A stretch of 64,000 nt of DNA from Sphingomicrobium sp. (GCA_039931595.1 JBDTRT010000094.1:8467-72466), one strand, 5' to 3'. Positions 1 to 10,221 are shown, counted from the first letter of the stretch. The notes: a model not told the origin generated them from the letters alone. Numbers and translations are program-made.

Positions 1-1401
1 CGGACGACCTTCGTGCGCCATGCCTATGCGGAATTGGGCGGTGGTGAGCCGACCCGTCTGATCGCGTTCAGCGACGATATGGACGGCCTGCGCAAGGTGC
101 CGGACAACGTCCCCAACGCCGCAATGCTGGCCGAACATCTGGGCAAGCCGCTGACCCAGATTCCCGACCCATTCGGCACCGACGCAAGCTTTGCGCACCA
201 CAATAATTCGATGCTCCGGCATTTCCTCGACCGGTTCGGCTTCGACTACGAATTTGTGTCGGCGACCGAGCGCTACACCAGCGGTGCCTTCGACGACGCC
301 GTCCGCAGCGTGCTCGCGCATTGGGACGCGGTGATGGGCGTGATGCTGCCGACGCTGCGCGAGGAGCGGCGGCTGACCTATTCCCCGGTGCTGCCGATCT
401 CACCCGCCAGCGGGCGCGTGCTGCAGGTGCCGGTCGAAGTGGTCGATGCCGCCGCCGGGACGATCGCCTTCACCGACGAGGATGGCGCGCGGATCACCCA
501 GTCGGCGCTCGGCGGAACGGCCAAGCTGCAGTGGAAGGTCGACTGGGCGGCGCGCTGGGTCGCGCTCGGGGTTGATTATGAAATGGCCGGCAAGGATTTG
601 ATCGAATCGGTCATCCAGTCAGGCAAGATCACGCGCGTGCTCGGCGGCCGCCCGCCCGAGGGCTTCAACTATGAAATGTTCCTCGACGAGAACAATGAGA
701 AGATCTCCAAGTCCAAGGGCAATGGCCTCAGCCTCGAGCAGTGGCTGCGCTACGGCAGCGAGGAGAGCCTGGCGTTTTACATCTACCGCGAACCAAGGAA
801 AGCGAAGAGCCTGCACCTCGGCGTGATCCCGCGCGCGGTTGACGAATATTGGCAGTTCCGCGGCAATTACGCCGACCAGCCGATCGAGCAGAAGCTCGGC
901 AATCCGGTCCACCACATCCACGCCGGCAAGGTGCCCGAAGGCACGCTGCCGCTGACTTATGGGCTGCTGCTCAATCTGGTCAGCCTGCCTGGTTGCGGCG
1001 ACAAGGAGACCGCGTGGAAGTTCGTCCAGCGTTACGCGCCCGGCACGTCACCCGAGGCCAATCCCGAGCTCGACGAGCTGATCGGACTGGCGGTCAATTA
1101 CGCCGGCGATTTCGTCACTCCTGAGCTCAAGCGGCGGGCCCCGACCGAGGTCGAGGCGGCGGCGCTGCGCGATCTCGACGGCGAACTCGCCAGACTGGCC
1201 GAGGATGCCGAGCCCGAAGCGATCCAGCACGTCGTGTTCGAAGTCGGCAAGCGCCACCCGTTCGACAATCTGCGGGCATGGTTCCAGGCGCTCTACGAAA
1301 CCCTGCTCGGCTCGTCGCAAGGCCCGCGCATGGGCAGCTTCATCGCGCTCTACGGCGTGGACAACAGCCGCCGCCTGATCGCCGAAGCGGTGGCTCCTTA
1401 G
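1..1401 (+). CDS. lysS: Lysine--tRNA ligase, class I (5' truncated by window edge)
   Basis: FSDDMDGLRKVP, KLQWKVDW, EMAGKDL, KISKSKGNG (KMSKS-like) and C-terminal GPRMGSF anticodon-domain motifs; TAG at 1399-1401. Confidence 0.95.
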   Translation, partial: RTTFVRHAYAELGGGEPTRLIAFSDDMDGLRKVPDNVPNAAMLAEHLGKPLTQIPDPFGTDASFAHHNNSMLRHFLDRFGFDYEFVSATERYTSGAFDDAVRSVLAHWDAVMGVMLPTLREERRLTYSPVLPISPASGRVLQVPVEVVDAAAGTIAFTDEDGARITQSALGGTAKLQWKVDWAARWVALGVDYEMAGKDLIESVIQSGKITRVLGGRPPEGFNYEMFLDENNEKISKSKGNGLSLEQWLRYGSEESLAFYIYREPRKAKSLHLGVIPRAVDEYWQFRGNYADQPIEQKLGNPVHHIHAGKVPEGTLPLTYGLLLNLVSLPGCGDKETAWKFVQRYAPGTSPEANPELDELIGLAVNYAGDFVTPELKRRAPTEVEAAALRDLDGELARLAEDAEPEAIQHVVFEVGKRHPFDNLRAWFQALYETLLGSSQGPRMGSFIALYGVDNSRRLIAEAVAP

Positions 1402-2698
1402 AGATTGGACGACGGATTCGAACCCGTCATAACGAGAACAGCGTCGACACCATGGATCACACGCCAAAGCGGCAGCGGAATTTCCTTGGCGCCGCTCGAT
1501 GCGATGGCTCGCAGCGGAGCGGTGTCGAACACGGTGAACTTTCCTGGAAAGACTAACTCGTCAAAGATATCCATGCCTTCGCCATATTCGTTGCGGTTGC
1601 CTGGTACGTAGCGAAAGGTTGTGGGGTCGAAATTGGCGGTCTTGGTGTCCGGCCCGGGCAGAACCATCAGATGGAATGCCTCGCCTCCATCTTCAGCGAC
1701 GAGCTCTGGAACCAAGGTGCCGAGATCGAAAACATCCGAGATGTTGAGCCCACGAATGAGATGCGACGCGCCCATCTTCATGAACAGGCGAGACGAAGGG
1801 TCGATGTGTCGGCGCGAGCGCCAGTAACGCAGTAAATTAGCGCGCAGCAATTGCGCTCGCAGGAGGTTGGACTCGTAACCCTTCTGGGCGACCCACAGGG
1901 CATTGATTTCCAAGGTTCGCTCGAGTGTTTCCAAGATGAGCATGCTGTCCGCGTCGGCCCGCGGCCATGCCGTGCGCAGTGTCCGAACGAGCCGAGGATC
2001 GCCGGAGAAGCTGTAGATGAATTGAGGGTTATGCGTCTGGTTGTAGCGCTCCCAGGACTTGCTCGACGCAAGGTCCAATGCCAACAGCGCGCGAGCGGCC
2101 GCCGCGGGCAACCTTCGGCGCTTGAGCTGGCGAATTAGATAGCGATCCGCGGCAACTTCGTAATCTACCCCCCACAGCAACGGCGCGCGACCGGGCAATG
2201 CCGCACGGGCGGCACGCAGCCAGTCGGCTTCTTCGCGCATGCCGAAAAAGGCTACCCGGGACTCGGGCGTGGTCAGTAGACGGTCGACCTCCGAACGGTC
2301 GCGGCTCGCGAGCGCGCGAGCGCGCGATCAAGCGCCGCGGCCATTGGTGGCGAGATTTCGACCGCTACATGGCCATATCCCCGAGGAACCAGCGCAGTGA
2401 TCAGCTGCGCCGCGAGCTTTGGATTTTCGGCCACGCCGTGCTCTTCGCCGAGCAGGAAGGCATGCGCGTCTGAGCCGCGACCAAGCAGCCAATAGAACCC
2501 GGCGCCGGAGAAATGCGATCAGTCGAAATCGAGCGGCAATCGGGAGGCGGCAACGGCCTTCGCAAGGCGCTCCATTCTCGGCGGTTTCACAGTCGCTGGC
2601 GCAGTGGCGCTGGCGAGCACCGGCGTCTCCGCCAATCCGAGCATCGCGCCCGTCGCGGCGGTGGCGCCGGCTACCAGAAGGCTGCGTCGATTAATCAT
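1398..2698 (-). pseudogene. Disrupted TAT-exported protein, EreA/TraB/ChaN-like fold (about 430 aa if repaired)
   Basis: ATG 2698 gives MINRRSLL (TAT signal); in-frame TGA at 2519-2521; reading on gives FLLGEEHGVAE...VAVEISP; 8-bp tandem duplication CGCGAGCG at 2307-2322 shifts into the 280-aa ORF 1398..2240. Confidence 0.8.
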
Positions 2699-2721
2699 GC
2701 CCCCCCTTTCGCTCCGCATAC

Positions 2722-2741
2722 TGTATTACAGTATTAATACG
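2722..2741. promoter_or_regulatory. Putative YtrA-subfamily GntR operator
   Basis: TGTATTA-CAGTAT-TAATACG inverted repeat 23 bp upstream of the pseudogene start; resembles the TGTAnTA-N6-TAnTACA boxes of YtrA-type regulators. Confidence 0.5.
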
Positions 2742-2832
2742 GCAACAAGGGAGCTAATGAATATTCCTGAGCGCGAGCGTCTGATTGCGCCAAGGCTGCG
2801 AACTGAAAAGAAGCTGTGCAGTTGGCTCCCGG

Positions 2833-4686
2833 CTAACTGCGCTTCCGCCCAGCAATCCAGCGATCGATCTTCTGCTCGAGGATGGTCAGAGGAAGAGCGC
2901 CGGTCATCAGCACCTGGGCGTGGAATTCGCGGATGTCGAACTTGGGACCAAGCTCGGTTTCGGCTTTCTTGCGAAGGCGCTGGATGGTCAGCGCGCCGAC
3001 CTTATAGGCCAGCGCCTGGCTCGGGATCGCGATGTAGCGCTCGACCTCGGCGGTGGCGTCGGTCTTGCCGATGTCGGAGTGGCTAAGCATGTAGGCGATC
3101 GCCTTTTCGCGGGTCCAGCCCTTGGCGTGGATGCCGGTGTCGAGCACCAGCCGCATCGCCCGCAGCATCTCGTCCGACAGCGTCCCGAAGCGCTGGATGG
3201 GATCGTCGTAGAAGCCCATGTCGTAGCCCAGCGTCTCCGAATAAAGCGCCCAGCCCTCGACGTACGCGGTGTTGCCGCCGAAGCGCATGAAGCTCGGCAG
3301 GGCTTCGTTTTCCTGGGCCAGGCTGATCTGGAAATGGTGGCCCGGCTCGCCTTCGTGGAGGAACAAGGTGGTCTGGCCCGGGGTGGTGCGCGACGGTAGG
3401 TCGTAGGCGTTGAAGTAGAACACGCCAGGGCGCGACCCGTCGGGGCTGCCCTGCTCATAGCTTCCGCCGGCCTCGAACTTCTCGCGGAATTTCTCGTACG
3501 GGCGAATCTCGAGCTTGGCCTTGGGCATGGTCGAGAAATAGGTCGGCAGTTTGGCCTCGACGGTCTTGCCGATGTCGTAATAACGCTGGGTCAGCGCCTC
3601 GCGCGATTTCATCTTGTATTTGGGGTCGGTGCGGAGATGGTCGAAGAACTGCTGCAGCGTTCCCTTGAAGCCGACTTCCTGCTTCACTTTCTCCATGCCC
3701 TGGGTGATCCGCGCGACTTCGCTCAGCCCGAGCTCGTGGATCTCGTTGGCGTTCATCGGCAGCGTCGTGGTCGATTCGATCAGCTGCTGGTAGAGCTTGT
3801 CGCCGCCCTTCATGTAGAGCAGCCCGACGCCGTCGCGCGCGTGCGGCAGATATTCGGTCTTGAGGAAGTCGCGCAGCCGGGTCAGCACCGGGTACAGCTC
3901 ATCGGTGATGGCGGCGCGATAGTCCTTGGTCAGGCGGGCGCGGTCGGCGGCGCCGAAGTCCGCCGGGAATTGCTTGACCGGGCCGTAATAGGTCGACTCC
4001 TCGGGGGTCTGCTTGAGCTGGGTATCGAGCTGTTCGATCATGTTGCGCACGGTCAGCTTGGTCTCGACCACGCCGCTCTGCTCGCCCTCGCGGAAGCGGC
4101 CGATCGCGCGGTCGATGTAGATCACGAAGTCGCGGTGGCGCTTGAGGTTGTTGTCATAGTCGGCGAGCGTCTTGAACGGCGCCGCGCCCTTGCCGCTGGC
4201 GAAGGTCGGATAGAAAGTGTGGAAGCCGAAGAAGTGGTTCATCGGGCGCACCGCGGTCAGCGCCAGAATGTCCGGCTGGAGCCCGCGCAGCATGTCCTTG
4301 GTCGAATAATCGAAGACGTCATAGGCGACCTGGTCGGTCGCATCGAGCTCGGCCCGCGGGATCGCGTGGAGCGCCGCCAGATCGGCGTCGCCGGCGGCCC
4401 GCTCGGCGGCGTAATATTCGTCGGTGATGCTGTCCCCGAGCTGGTCGGCGTAGCGCAGGTCGCCGCGGAACAGGGCGTTCAGCGGATTGCGCTTGAGGCT
4501 CGCTTCGTCGCTCGCCTTGAACAGATCGAACAAGCGGTCGTGGGCGCTCGGCTGGGCGACCACCGGCGGCGGCGGCGCGGGTGGAGCGGGATCGGCGGCG
4601 ACGGGGGCCGGCGGCGCAACGGTGGCGCACGCGCCGAGCATCAGGAGCGACGCGAAGAGGGTCAAGCGACGGATCGGGATCGGCAT
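2833..4686 (-). CDS. DUF885 family lipoprotein (putative metallopeptidase)
   Basis: Lipobox LGAC, HEGEPGHH and EGWALYSE motifs, C-terminal PSQALAYKVG and FDIREFH; start uncertain (4686-4734). Confidence 0.9.
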   Translation of the reverse strand: MPIPIRRLTLFASLLMLGACATVAPPAPVAADPAPPAPPPPVVAQPSAHDRLFDLFKASDEASLKRNPLNALFRGDLRYADQLGDSITDEYYAAERAAGDADLAALHAIPRAELDATDQVAYDVFDYSTKDMLRGLQPDILALTAVRPMNHFFGFHTFYPTFASGKGAAPFKTLADYDNNLKRHRDFVIYIDRAIGRFREGEQSGVVETKLTVRNMIEQLDTQLKQTPEESTYYGPVKQFPADFGAADRARLTKDYRAAITDELYPVLTRLRDFLKTEYLPHARDGVGLLYMKGGDKLYQQLIESTTTLPMNANEIHELGLSEVARITQGMEKVKQEVGFKGTLQQFFDHLRTDPKYKMKSREALTQRYYDIGKTVEAKLPTYFSTMPKAKLEIRPYEKFREKFEAGGSYEQGSPDGSRPGVFYFNAYDLPSRTTPGQTTLFLHEGEPGHHFQISLAQENEALPSFMRFGGNTAYVEGWALYSETLGYDMGFYDDPIQRFGTLSDEMLRAMRLVLDTGIHAKGWTREKAIAYMLSHSDIGKTDATAEVERYIAIPSQALAYKVGALTIQRLRKKAETELGPKFDIREFHAQVLMTGALPLTILEQKIDRWIAGRKRS

Positions 4687-4786
4687 GAGCGGTGCACTTT
4701 CGGACATGGGTTGGCATTTGTCCTGATGCCGCAAGGGGCGCCGCGGACAAACCGCAACGCCCCTTCGACGAATGCAATGACGCTGT

Positions 4787-5758
4787 CTACCAGAAGAAGT
4801 CGTAGATCACGTCGACCACTTGTCCGTCCCACGTATCGACCAGCACTGCGTCGTCGAAATAACGCACCCAGCGGGTCCCCGCCGGCGCGTACGGCAGGCG
4901 GTACATATACGGGTCGTTGAGCCAGTAGCTGTTGCCATAATAGCTCGGCCACATCCGCCAGCCGATCGAGTAGGGCCGGTAGCCCCAGCCGAACGGATCG
5001 AAATAGAAGCCGAGGTGGAACAGCGAGCGATGGTGGCGGCGATGGTTCTGCCAGTCGTGATGACCGTCCGAACGCCAGTTGTGATTCCACGTGCGCGCGG
5101 TCAGGCCCGACGGCCGCACCGACTGCCGCGGCGGCGGCTGGGTGCCCTCGCGCGGGATGCGGCTGACCACCGGCGGCCGCCGGTTGGCGACCGAATTGCG
5201 CTCCTCGATCCGCTGGCGGCGCTCGGCCTGCTGGGCCGCGCGGTCGACATTGCGCTGCTCGACCGTCTGCGGGCCAACGGCGATATGGCGCTCGTGCGAG
5301 CGCCACTCGTCGCTGTTCGCATCGCGCTGCGGAATCTGCGCCGGTCGGTCGCCGGCGCGACGCTCGCGCGAGCGCCAGTCGCGCACGCTGTCGCCGGTCG
5401 CGTTCCCGTCGACCAGCGCCGGGCGGTTGGGATTGCCGCCGGGATTGCCGCCGCCGCGATTCGGTCCACCGCGCTGGTCGAGCACGGGCGGTTGCGCGAG
5501 GTTGCGCTGGCCCTGCGGATCGACCGCGACCGGGCGATTGCCGCCGCGCGGATCGACCGGCCGCTGCTGCTGGGCAGCGGGTTCGGCCCGGGGCGCGGCT
5601 TGCGGCCGCTCGGCCTGGCGCTCGGAACGAGCTTCGTCGCGTTCGGCCTGGCGTTCGGCGCGGGCGGCCTCGCGAGCAGCGCGGTCGCCGTCATCCGGAG
5701 CCGCGAAAGCGGGCATGGAGATGGTTGCAAGAAGAACAAAAATGAGACTGTTACGCAT
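4787..5758 (-). CDS. RcnB-family periplasmic protein with long low-complexity N-terminal region
   Basis: Signal peptide, R/Q/D-rich disordered region, C-terminal YRLPYAPAGTRWVRYFDDAVLVD RcnB domain. Confidence 0.8.
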   Translation of the reverse strand: MRNSLIFVLLATISMPAFAAPDDGDRAAREAARAERQAERDEARSERQAERPQAAPRAEPAAQQQRPVDPRGGNRPVAVDPQGQRNLAQPPVLDQRGGPNRGGGNPGGNPNRPALVDGNATGDSVRDWRSRERRAGDRPAQIPQRDANSDEWRSHERHIAVGPQTVEQRNVDRAAQQAERRQRIEERNSVANRRPPVVSRIPREGTQPPPRQSVRPSGLTARTWNHNWRSDGHHDWQNHRRHHRSLFHLGFYFDPFGWGYRPYSIGWRMWPSYYGNSYWLNDPYMYRLPYAPAGTRWVRYFDDAVLVDTWDGQVVDVIYDFFW

Positions 5759-5824
5759 GACACGATCCCTATCTTCAGGGTGGAGTTACCGGTCGAAATT
5801 GCACCCCGCCAGATGAGCCGTTGC

Positions 5825-6340
5825 TTAACCGTTCCGATCGCCATTGTTCAGCTTTCCGGGGCTGTCCGGGGCAGGCACTGGCGGGTGCGATTGGCGGGCC
5901 GTCGCGGCGGCGCGGGCGATCGCCCTGCGGATCCGCGGATAGGCCCCGCAGCGGCAAATATTGGGCAGCGCGTCGACCGCTTCGGGCGCCGGATTGGGGC
6001 TCGCCTGGAGCAGTGCCGCGATGGCCATGATGAAGCCCGGCTCGCAAAACCCGCACTGGCTGACCTGCTCGGCCGCCCACGCCTGCTGGATGGGGTGGGT
6101 GCGGTTGGCCGAAAGCCCTTCGATGGTGACCACTTCCGCCCCCTCGAGCGCGGCGATGCTGATGCCGCAGCTGAGCATTGCGCGGCCGTCGACCAGCACC
6201 GTGCAGGCGCCACAATCGCTGCCGTCGCAGCCGTGCTTGGCGCCGGTCAGGTTGGACGCATCGCGCAACGCCCACAGCAACGGCGTCTGCGGATCGAGGA
6301 GGTAATGGATCGGCTCGCCATTGACCGTCATGCGCGTCAT
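5825..6340 (-). CDS. (2Fe-2S)-binding small subunit, isoquinoline 1-oxidoreductase alpha / CoxS family
   Basis: TGAKHGCDGSDCGACTV, SQCGFCEPG and NICRCGAY cysteine motifs. Confidence 0.9.
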   Translation of the reverse strand: MTRMTVNGEPIHYLLDPQTPLLWALRDASNLTGAKHGCDGSDCGACTVLVDGRAMLSCGISIAALEGAEVVTIEGLSANRTHPIQQAWAAEQVSQCGFCEPGFIMAIAALLQASPNPAPEAVDALPNICRCGAYPRIRRAIARAAATARQSHPPVPAPDSPGKLNNGDRNG

Positions 6341-6390
6341 GCGGCGTGGCCTAACTTGCTCTCGCCAAGATGCAAAGCCATCATGGCTCG

Positions 6391-7182
6391 ATGGGCAGGG
6401 TAATCACCACCACCCGCGTCGGAATCGGCGTGGACGAGGCCGGGACCGGCGATGCGGTGCCGATCCTGTTCCTCCACGGGGTAGGGTCGGACAAATCGGT
6501 GTGGGCGCCGCAGCTGGCCCATTTCGGCGCGAGCCGCCGCGCCGTGGCGTTCGATTACCCCGGTTATGGCGAGAGCGACCCGGGCGCGGCCGGCACGACT
6601 CGCGACGATTTCGCGGCCGCGATGCTCTCGGCGATGGACGCGCTCGGGATCGACCGGGCGCATGTCTGCGGGCTGTCGCTCGGCGGAGTGATCGCGATTG
6701 CGATGCATGCGCAGGCGCCCGACCGGTGCGTGTCGCTGATCATCGCCGACAGCTTCGCCGTGCACCCCGACGGTGGCGCGATCTACGAGCGCTCGATCGC
6801 CGCCGCCGCCGACATGCGGGCGCTGGCCGAAGGCCGCGCCGACGCCTTGCTCGCCCAGCCGGCCGATCCAGCGGTGCGCAGCGAGGTGATCGAGACCATG
6901 GCCAAAATCGACCCCGCGGCCTTTCGCATCGGCGCCGAAGCCGTGTGGCTGGCCGACCAGCGCGAGCGCGCCGCCGCGATCCGCGCGCCTACGCTGGTGT
7001 TGTGCGGAACCGAGGACCGGGTGACCCCGCCGGCGCTGTCGCGCGAGCTCGCGTACCTGATCCCGGGCGCCCAGTACGAACCGATCGCGGGCGCCGGGCA
7101 CCTGTCCAATCTCGAGCGGCCGGACGAATTCAATACACTAGCCGGCGCCTTCCTCCGCGGGGTGGATTCGCGCGCGGCCTGA
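6391..7182 (+). CDS. Alpha/beta hydrolase (3-oxoadipate enol-lactonase-like)
   Basis: HG oxyanion motif, GLSLGG nucleophile elbow, GTEDRVTP, AGHLSNLE. Confidence 0.85.
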   Translation: MGRVITTTRVGIGVDEAGTGDAVPILFLHGVGSDKSVWAPQLAHFGASRRAVAFDYPGYGESDPGAAGTTRDDFAAAMLSAMDALGIDRAHVCGLSLGGVIAIAMHAQAPDRCVSLIIADSFAVHPDGGAIYERSIAAAADMRALAEGRADALLAQPADPAVRSEVIETMAKIDPAAFRIGAEAVWLADQRERAAAIRAPTLVLCGTEDRVTPPALSRELAYLIPGAQYEPIAGAGHLSNLERPDEFNTLAGAFLRGVDSRAA

Positions 7183-7210
7183 CGTCCGCTTTCGACCCAT
7201 TGCGGACATT
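7182..7210. repeat. Short palindromic repeat, copy 1
   Basis: GTCCGC-TTTCGACCCATT-GCGGAC-AT; begins at the hydrolase stop codon. Confidence 0.75.
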
Positions 7211-7234
7211 CGCTCTAAATGGGATGTTCTCCGA

Positions 7235-7690
7235 ATGCATGCCCCGCTTTCAGCCAGAACCGGCCTAGCGCTTGTCATTGTTGGGGCCATTCTGCTTTCA
7301 GGCGGGGCTCTTGTACTGACGTTCACTAGAGGCGACCCTGCAAGCTCCTTGTTTCAGCACGTCCTGACCATCCAAGTCATCGGTGTCCTCCTCCTCTGGT
7401 CCTTGTTGGCATGGGCAGCACGGCGGCTAACCGTCGGGAAATCGCCAAAGATTTCAAACTCCTTGGCGACTCTCCTATGGGGCAGCTCTCGCGTGTCGCT
7501 CCTAGTCGCCACGTTAATCGTGTTGTCCGACTGGCTGATTGCACTAGCACTTGGCCTCGACATCGCCACGCCGTTCATTCGAGCAGTGGTGCTGCTCGCC
7601 GTCGTAACGGCGTTCACCGGCATCATCGGCGGAGCATTCTTCAATTCCGTTTTAGCCGTTCAACATTGGCGCAATTACGGAACGCAATGA
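7235..7690 (+). CDS. Hypothetical membrane protein (about 4 TM), lower GC than neighbours
   Basis: 151-aa ORF with four hydrophobic stretches; many A/T-ending codons; lies between two related repeats. Confidence 0.7.
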   Translation: MHAPLSARTGLALVIVGAILLSGGALVLTFTRGDPASSLFQHVLTIQVIGVLLLWSLLAWAARRLTVGKSPKISNSLATLLWGSSRVSLLVATLIVLSDWLIALALGLDIATPFIRAVVLLAVVTAFTGIIGGAFFNSVLAVQHWRNYGTQ

Positions 7691-7714
7691 CCGCCTCCCA
7701 CCCGAAGCCGACAT
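7686..7714. repeat. Short palindromic repeat, copy 2 (degenerate)
   Basis: AAT-GACCGC-CTCCCACCCGAA-GCCGAC-AT; same 6-12-6 layout and ACCC register as copy 1; overlaps the TGA of the membrane-protein gene. Confidence 0.65.
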
Positions 7715-7871
7715 AACACTGTCCTACAGGCGCGCTGCTGTGCCATGTTGCCGCGATGGGATTGCGTAGTTTCCGGCCGGCTTTTGCTTCGATTGCCTCG
7801 CGCTCGCGCGGGCCCGCGGGTGCGCGTGCGCGAGCTGGTGCGACTTTTGAGACTTTTGACTTAGGTCGCCG

Positions 7872-10166
7872 ATGAAGATCGCGTGCATCGGGGCCGGGCC
7901 GGCTGGGCTCTACTTCGCGATTTCGATGAAGCTTCATGACGCAGGCCATGAGGTCCACGTGTTCGAGCGCAACCGGCGCGGCGTGACGTTCGGGTGGGGG
8001 GTCGTGTTCTCCGACCAGACGGTCGACAATCTGATGGCCAACGACCCGGTCTCGGCCAAAATCATCGCCGACGAATTTGCCCATTGGGACGACATCGAGG
8101 TCCATTACCGCGGCGAGTGCGTGCGCTCGTCGGGCCACGGCTTCATCGGCATCGGCCGCAAGCGATTGCTCGAGATCCTTCAGCAGCGCGCGGCCGAGCT
8201 CGGGGTCGTGCTCAACTTCGAAACCGAATGCGATCCGGCCGATCCCAGATGGGCCGAATATGATCTGGTCATCGCCGCCGACGGCATCAACAGCCGCGTC
8301 CGCGACCATTTCGCCGCCGAGTTCGGGGTCGACGTCGACCAGCGCACCAACAAGTTCGTGTGGCTCGGCACGTCCAAGGCGTTCGACGCCTTTACCTTCG
8401 CGTTCGAGCAGACCGACGCGGGGTGGATCTGGGCCCACGCCTATCGCTTCGCCCCCGACTGCTCGACCTTCATCGTCGAATGTTCGGAAAGCACCTGGCG
8501 CCGGCTCGGGTTCGACACGATGGACCAGGCCGAGGCGATCGCCCGGTGCGAGCGGATCTTCGCCCAATATCTCGACGGGCACGCGCTGATTTCGAACGCC
8601 GCGCATCTGCCCGGGCCGGCGGTGTGGCTCAATTTCCGCCGGATCAAGTGCGAGCGCTGGTCGAGCGGCAAGTTCATCCTCTTGGGCGACGCCGCCCACA
8701 CCGCGCATTTCTCGATCGGGTCGGGGACCAAGCTGGCGCTTGAGGATGCGATCAAGCTGGCGCAGGTGCTCAACCGCCCGCTCGAGCTCGATGCCGCGCT
8801 GTTCGAATATCAGGCCGAGCGCAGCCTCGAGGTCTTGAAGCTGCAGAACAGCGCACGCAATTCGACCGAATGGTTCGAGACGCTCGAGCGTTATTTGAAC
8901 TTCGAGCCGCTCCAATTCGCTTATTCGCTGCTGACCCGCAGCCAGCGCATCAGCCACGAGAATCTGCGCCTGCGCGACAAGGACTGGCTGGAAAGCGTCG
9001 AGCGCTGGTTCTGGGAACGAGCGGGCGAGCCGGGCAAGGCCGCGGCGCCGCTGTTCGCGCCGTTCAAGCTGCGCGAGCTGCGGGTCGAGAACCGCATCAC
9101 GGTGTCGCCGATGGCGATGTATTCGGCGGTCGACGGCACGCCCAATGACTTCCACCTGGTCCATTACGGCCAGCGCGCGCTGGGCGGCGCCGGGCTGGTC
9201 TTCACCGAGATGACCTGCGTCTCGCCCGAAGGCCGGATCAGCCCCGGCTGCACCGGCCTGTGGGCGCCCGAGCATATCGCCGCGTGGCGCCGTATCGTCG
9301 ATTTCGTCCATTCCCACAGCAAGGCCAAATTCTGCCTCCAGCTCGGCCATTCGGGCGGCAAGGGTTCGACCAAATTGGGCTGGGACGGCAATGACGTGCC
9401 GCTCGACGACGGCAATTGGTCGCTGATTTCGGCGTCCGACGTGGCGTGGTCGCCGGTCAACCAGCAGCCCAAGGCGATGACCCGCGCCGACATGGACGCG
9501 GTCCGCGACCAGTTCGTCGCCGCCGCCCTGATGGGGGTCGATGCCGGCTTCGACATGGTCGAGCTCCACGCCGCGCACGGTTATTTGCTGTCGAGCTTCA
9601 TCACCCCGCTGCAGAACCGCCGCGACGACGATTATGGCGGCTCACTCGAAAACCGGCTGCGCTATCCCCTGGAAGTGTTCGCGGCGATGCGCGCCGCGCT
9701 CCCGCCCGGAATGCCGATGTCGGTCCGCATCTCGGCCAGCGACTGGGCCGGCGACGAAGGCGTCACACCTGAGGAGGCGGTCGCCATCGCCGAGGCCTTT
9801 GCGTGCGAAGGCGCCGACCTGATCGACGTTTCGGCCGGCCAGACCTCGACCGACGCCAGCCCGGTCTATGGCCGGATGTTCCAGACGCCGTTTTCGGACA
9901 AATTGCGCAACGAGGCGCGGGTCGCGACCATGGCGGTCGGCAACATCTATGAGCCCGACCACGCCAATTCGATCCTCGCCGCCGGTCGCGCCGACCTGGT
10001 CGCGCTCGGCCGGCCGCATTTGATCGACCCGATGTGGACGCTGCGCGCCGCCGCCGCGCTCGATTACCGCGACATCCACGTGCCGCCGCAATATCTCAAT
10101 GGCCAGGCCCAGCTGGCGCGCAATCTCAAGCGCGAGGCCGAGGCCGCGGCCGCGCTGCTCGCGTGA
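7872..10166 (+). CDS. Bifunctional anthraniloyl-/salicylyl-CoA monooxygenase-reductase (AbmA/SdgC type)
   Basis: N-terminal FAD monooxygenase ([36 protein letters not shown]) fused to an old-yellow-enzyme domain (HAAHGYLL). Confidence 0.9.
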   Translation: MKIACIGAGPAGLYFAISMKLHDAGHEVHVFERNRRGVTFGWGVVFSDQTVDNLMANDPVSAKIIADEFAHWDDIEVHYRGECVRSSGHGFIGIGRKRLLEILQQRAAELGVVLNFETECDPADPRWAEYDLVIAADGINSRVRDHFAAEFGVDVDQRTNKFVWLGTSKAFDAFTFAFEQTDAGWIWAHAYRFAPDCSTFIVECSESTWRRLGFDTMDQAEAIARCERIFAQYLDGHALISNAAHLPGPAVWLNFRRIKCERWSSGKFILLGDAAHTAHFSIGSGTKLALEDAIKLAQVLNRPLELDAALFEYQAERSLEVLKLQNSARNSTEWFETLERYLNFEPLQFAYSLLTRSQRISHENLRLRDKDWLESVERWFWERAGEPGKAAAPLFAPFKLRELRVENRITVSPMAMYSAVDGTPNDFHLVHYGQRALGGAGLVFTEMTCVSPEGRISPGCTGLWAPEHIAAWRRIVDFVHSHSKAKFCLQLGHSGGKGSTKLGWDGNDVPLDDGNWSLISASDVAWSPVNQQPKAMTRADMDAVRDQFVAAALMGVDAGFDMVELHAAHGYLLSSFITPLQNRRDDDYGGSLENRLRYPLEVFAAMRAALPPGMPMSVRISASDWAGDEGVTPEEAVAIAEAFACEGADLIDVSAGQTSTDASPVYGRMFQTPFSDKLRNEARVATMAVGNIYEPDHANSILAAGRADLVALGRPHLIDPMWTLRAAAALDYRDIHVPPQYLNGQAQLARNLKREAEAAAALLA

Positions 10167-10221
10167 TGGCCGGCCGCGCCCCTTTGCCAAGACGCCGGTT
10201 GGCGATCATGGTGGCCTAGTC

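Noticed and set aside
2519-2521. In-frame TGA as selenocysteine or programmed readthrough
   Set aside because: No catalytic Cys context, and an independent frameshift in the same gene indicates decay.
5400-5700. Short imperfect repeats in the RcnB-like gene as a tandem array or CRISPR
   Set aside because: In-frame low-complexity coding sequence; no constant repeat-spacer structure and no cas genes.
7641-9578. Long antisense or alternate-frame ORFs (e.g. 645 aa here, 27986-29959, 60266-62323, 4820-6403, 25819-26304)
   Set aside because: Shadow ORFs of real high-GC genes; no recognisable motifs.
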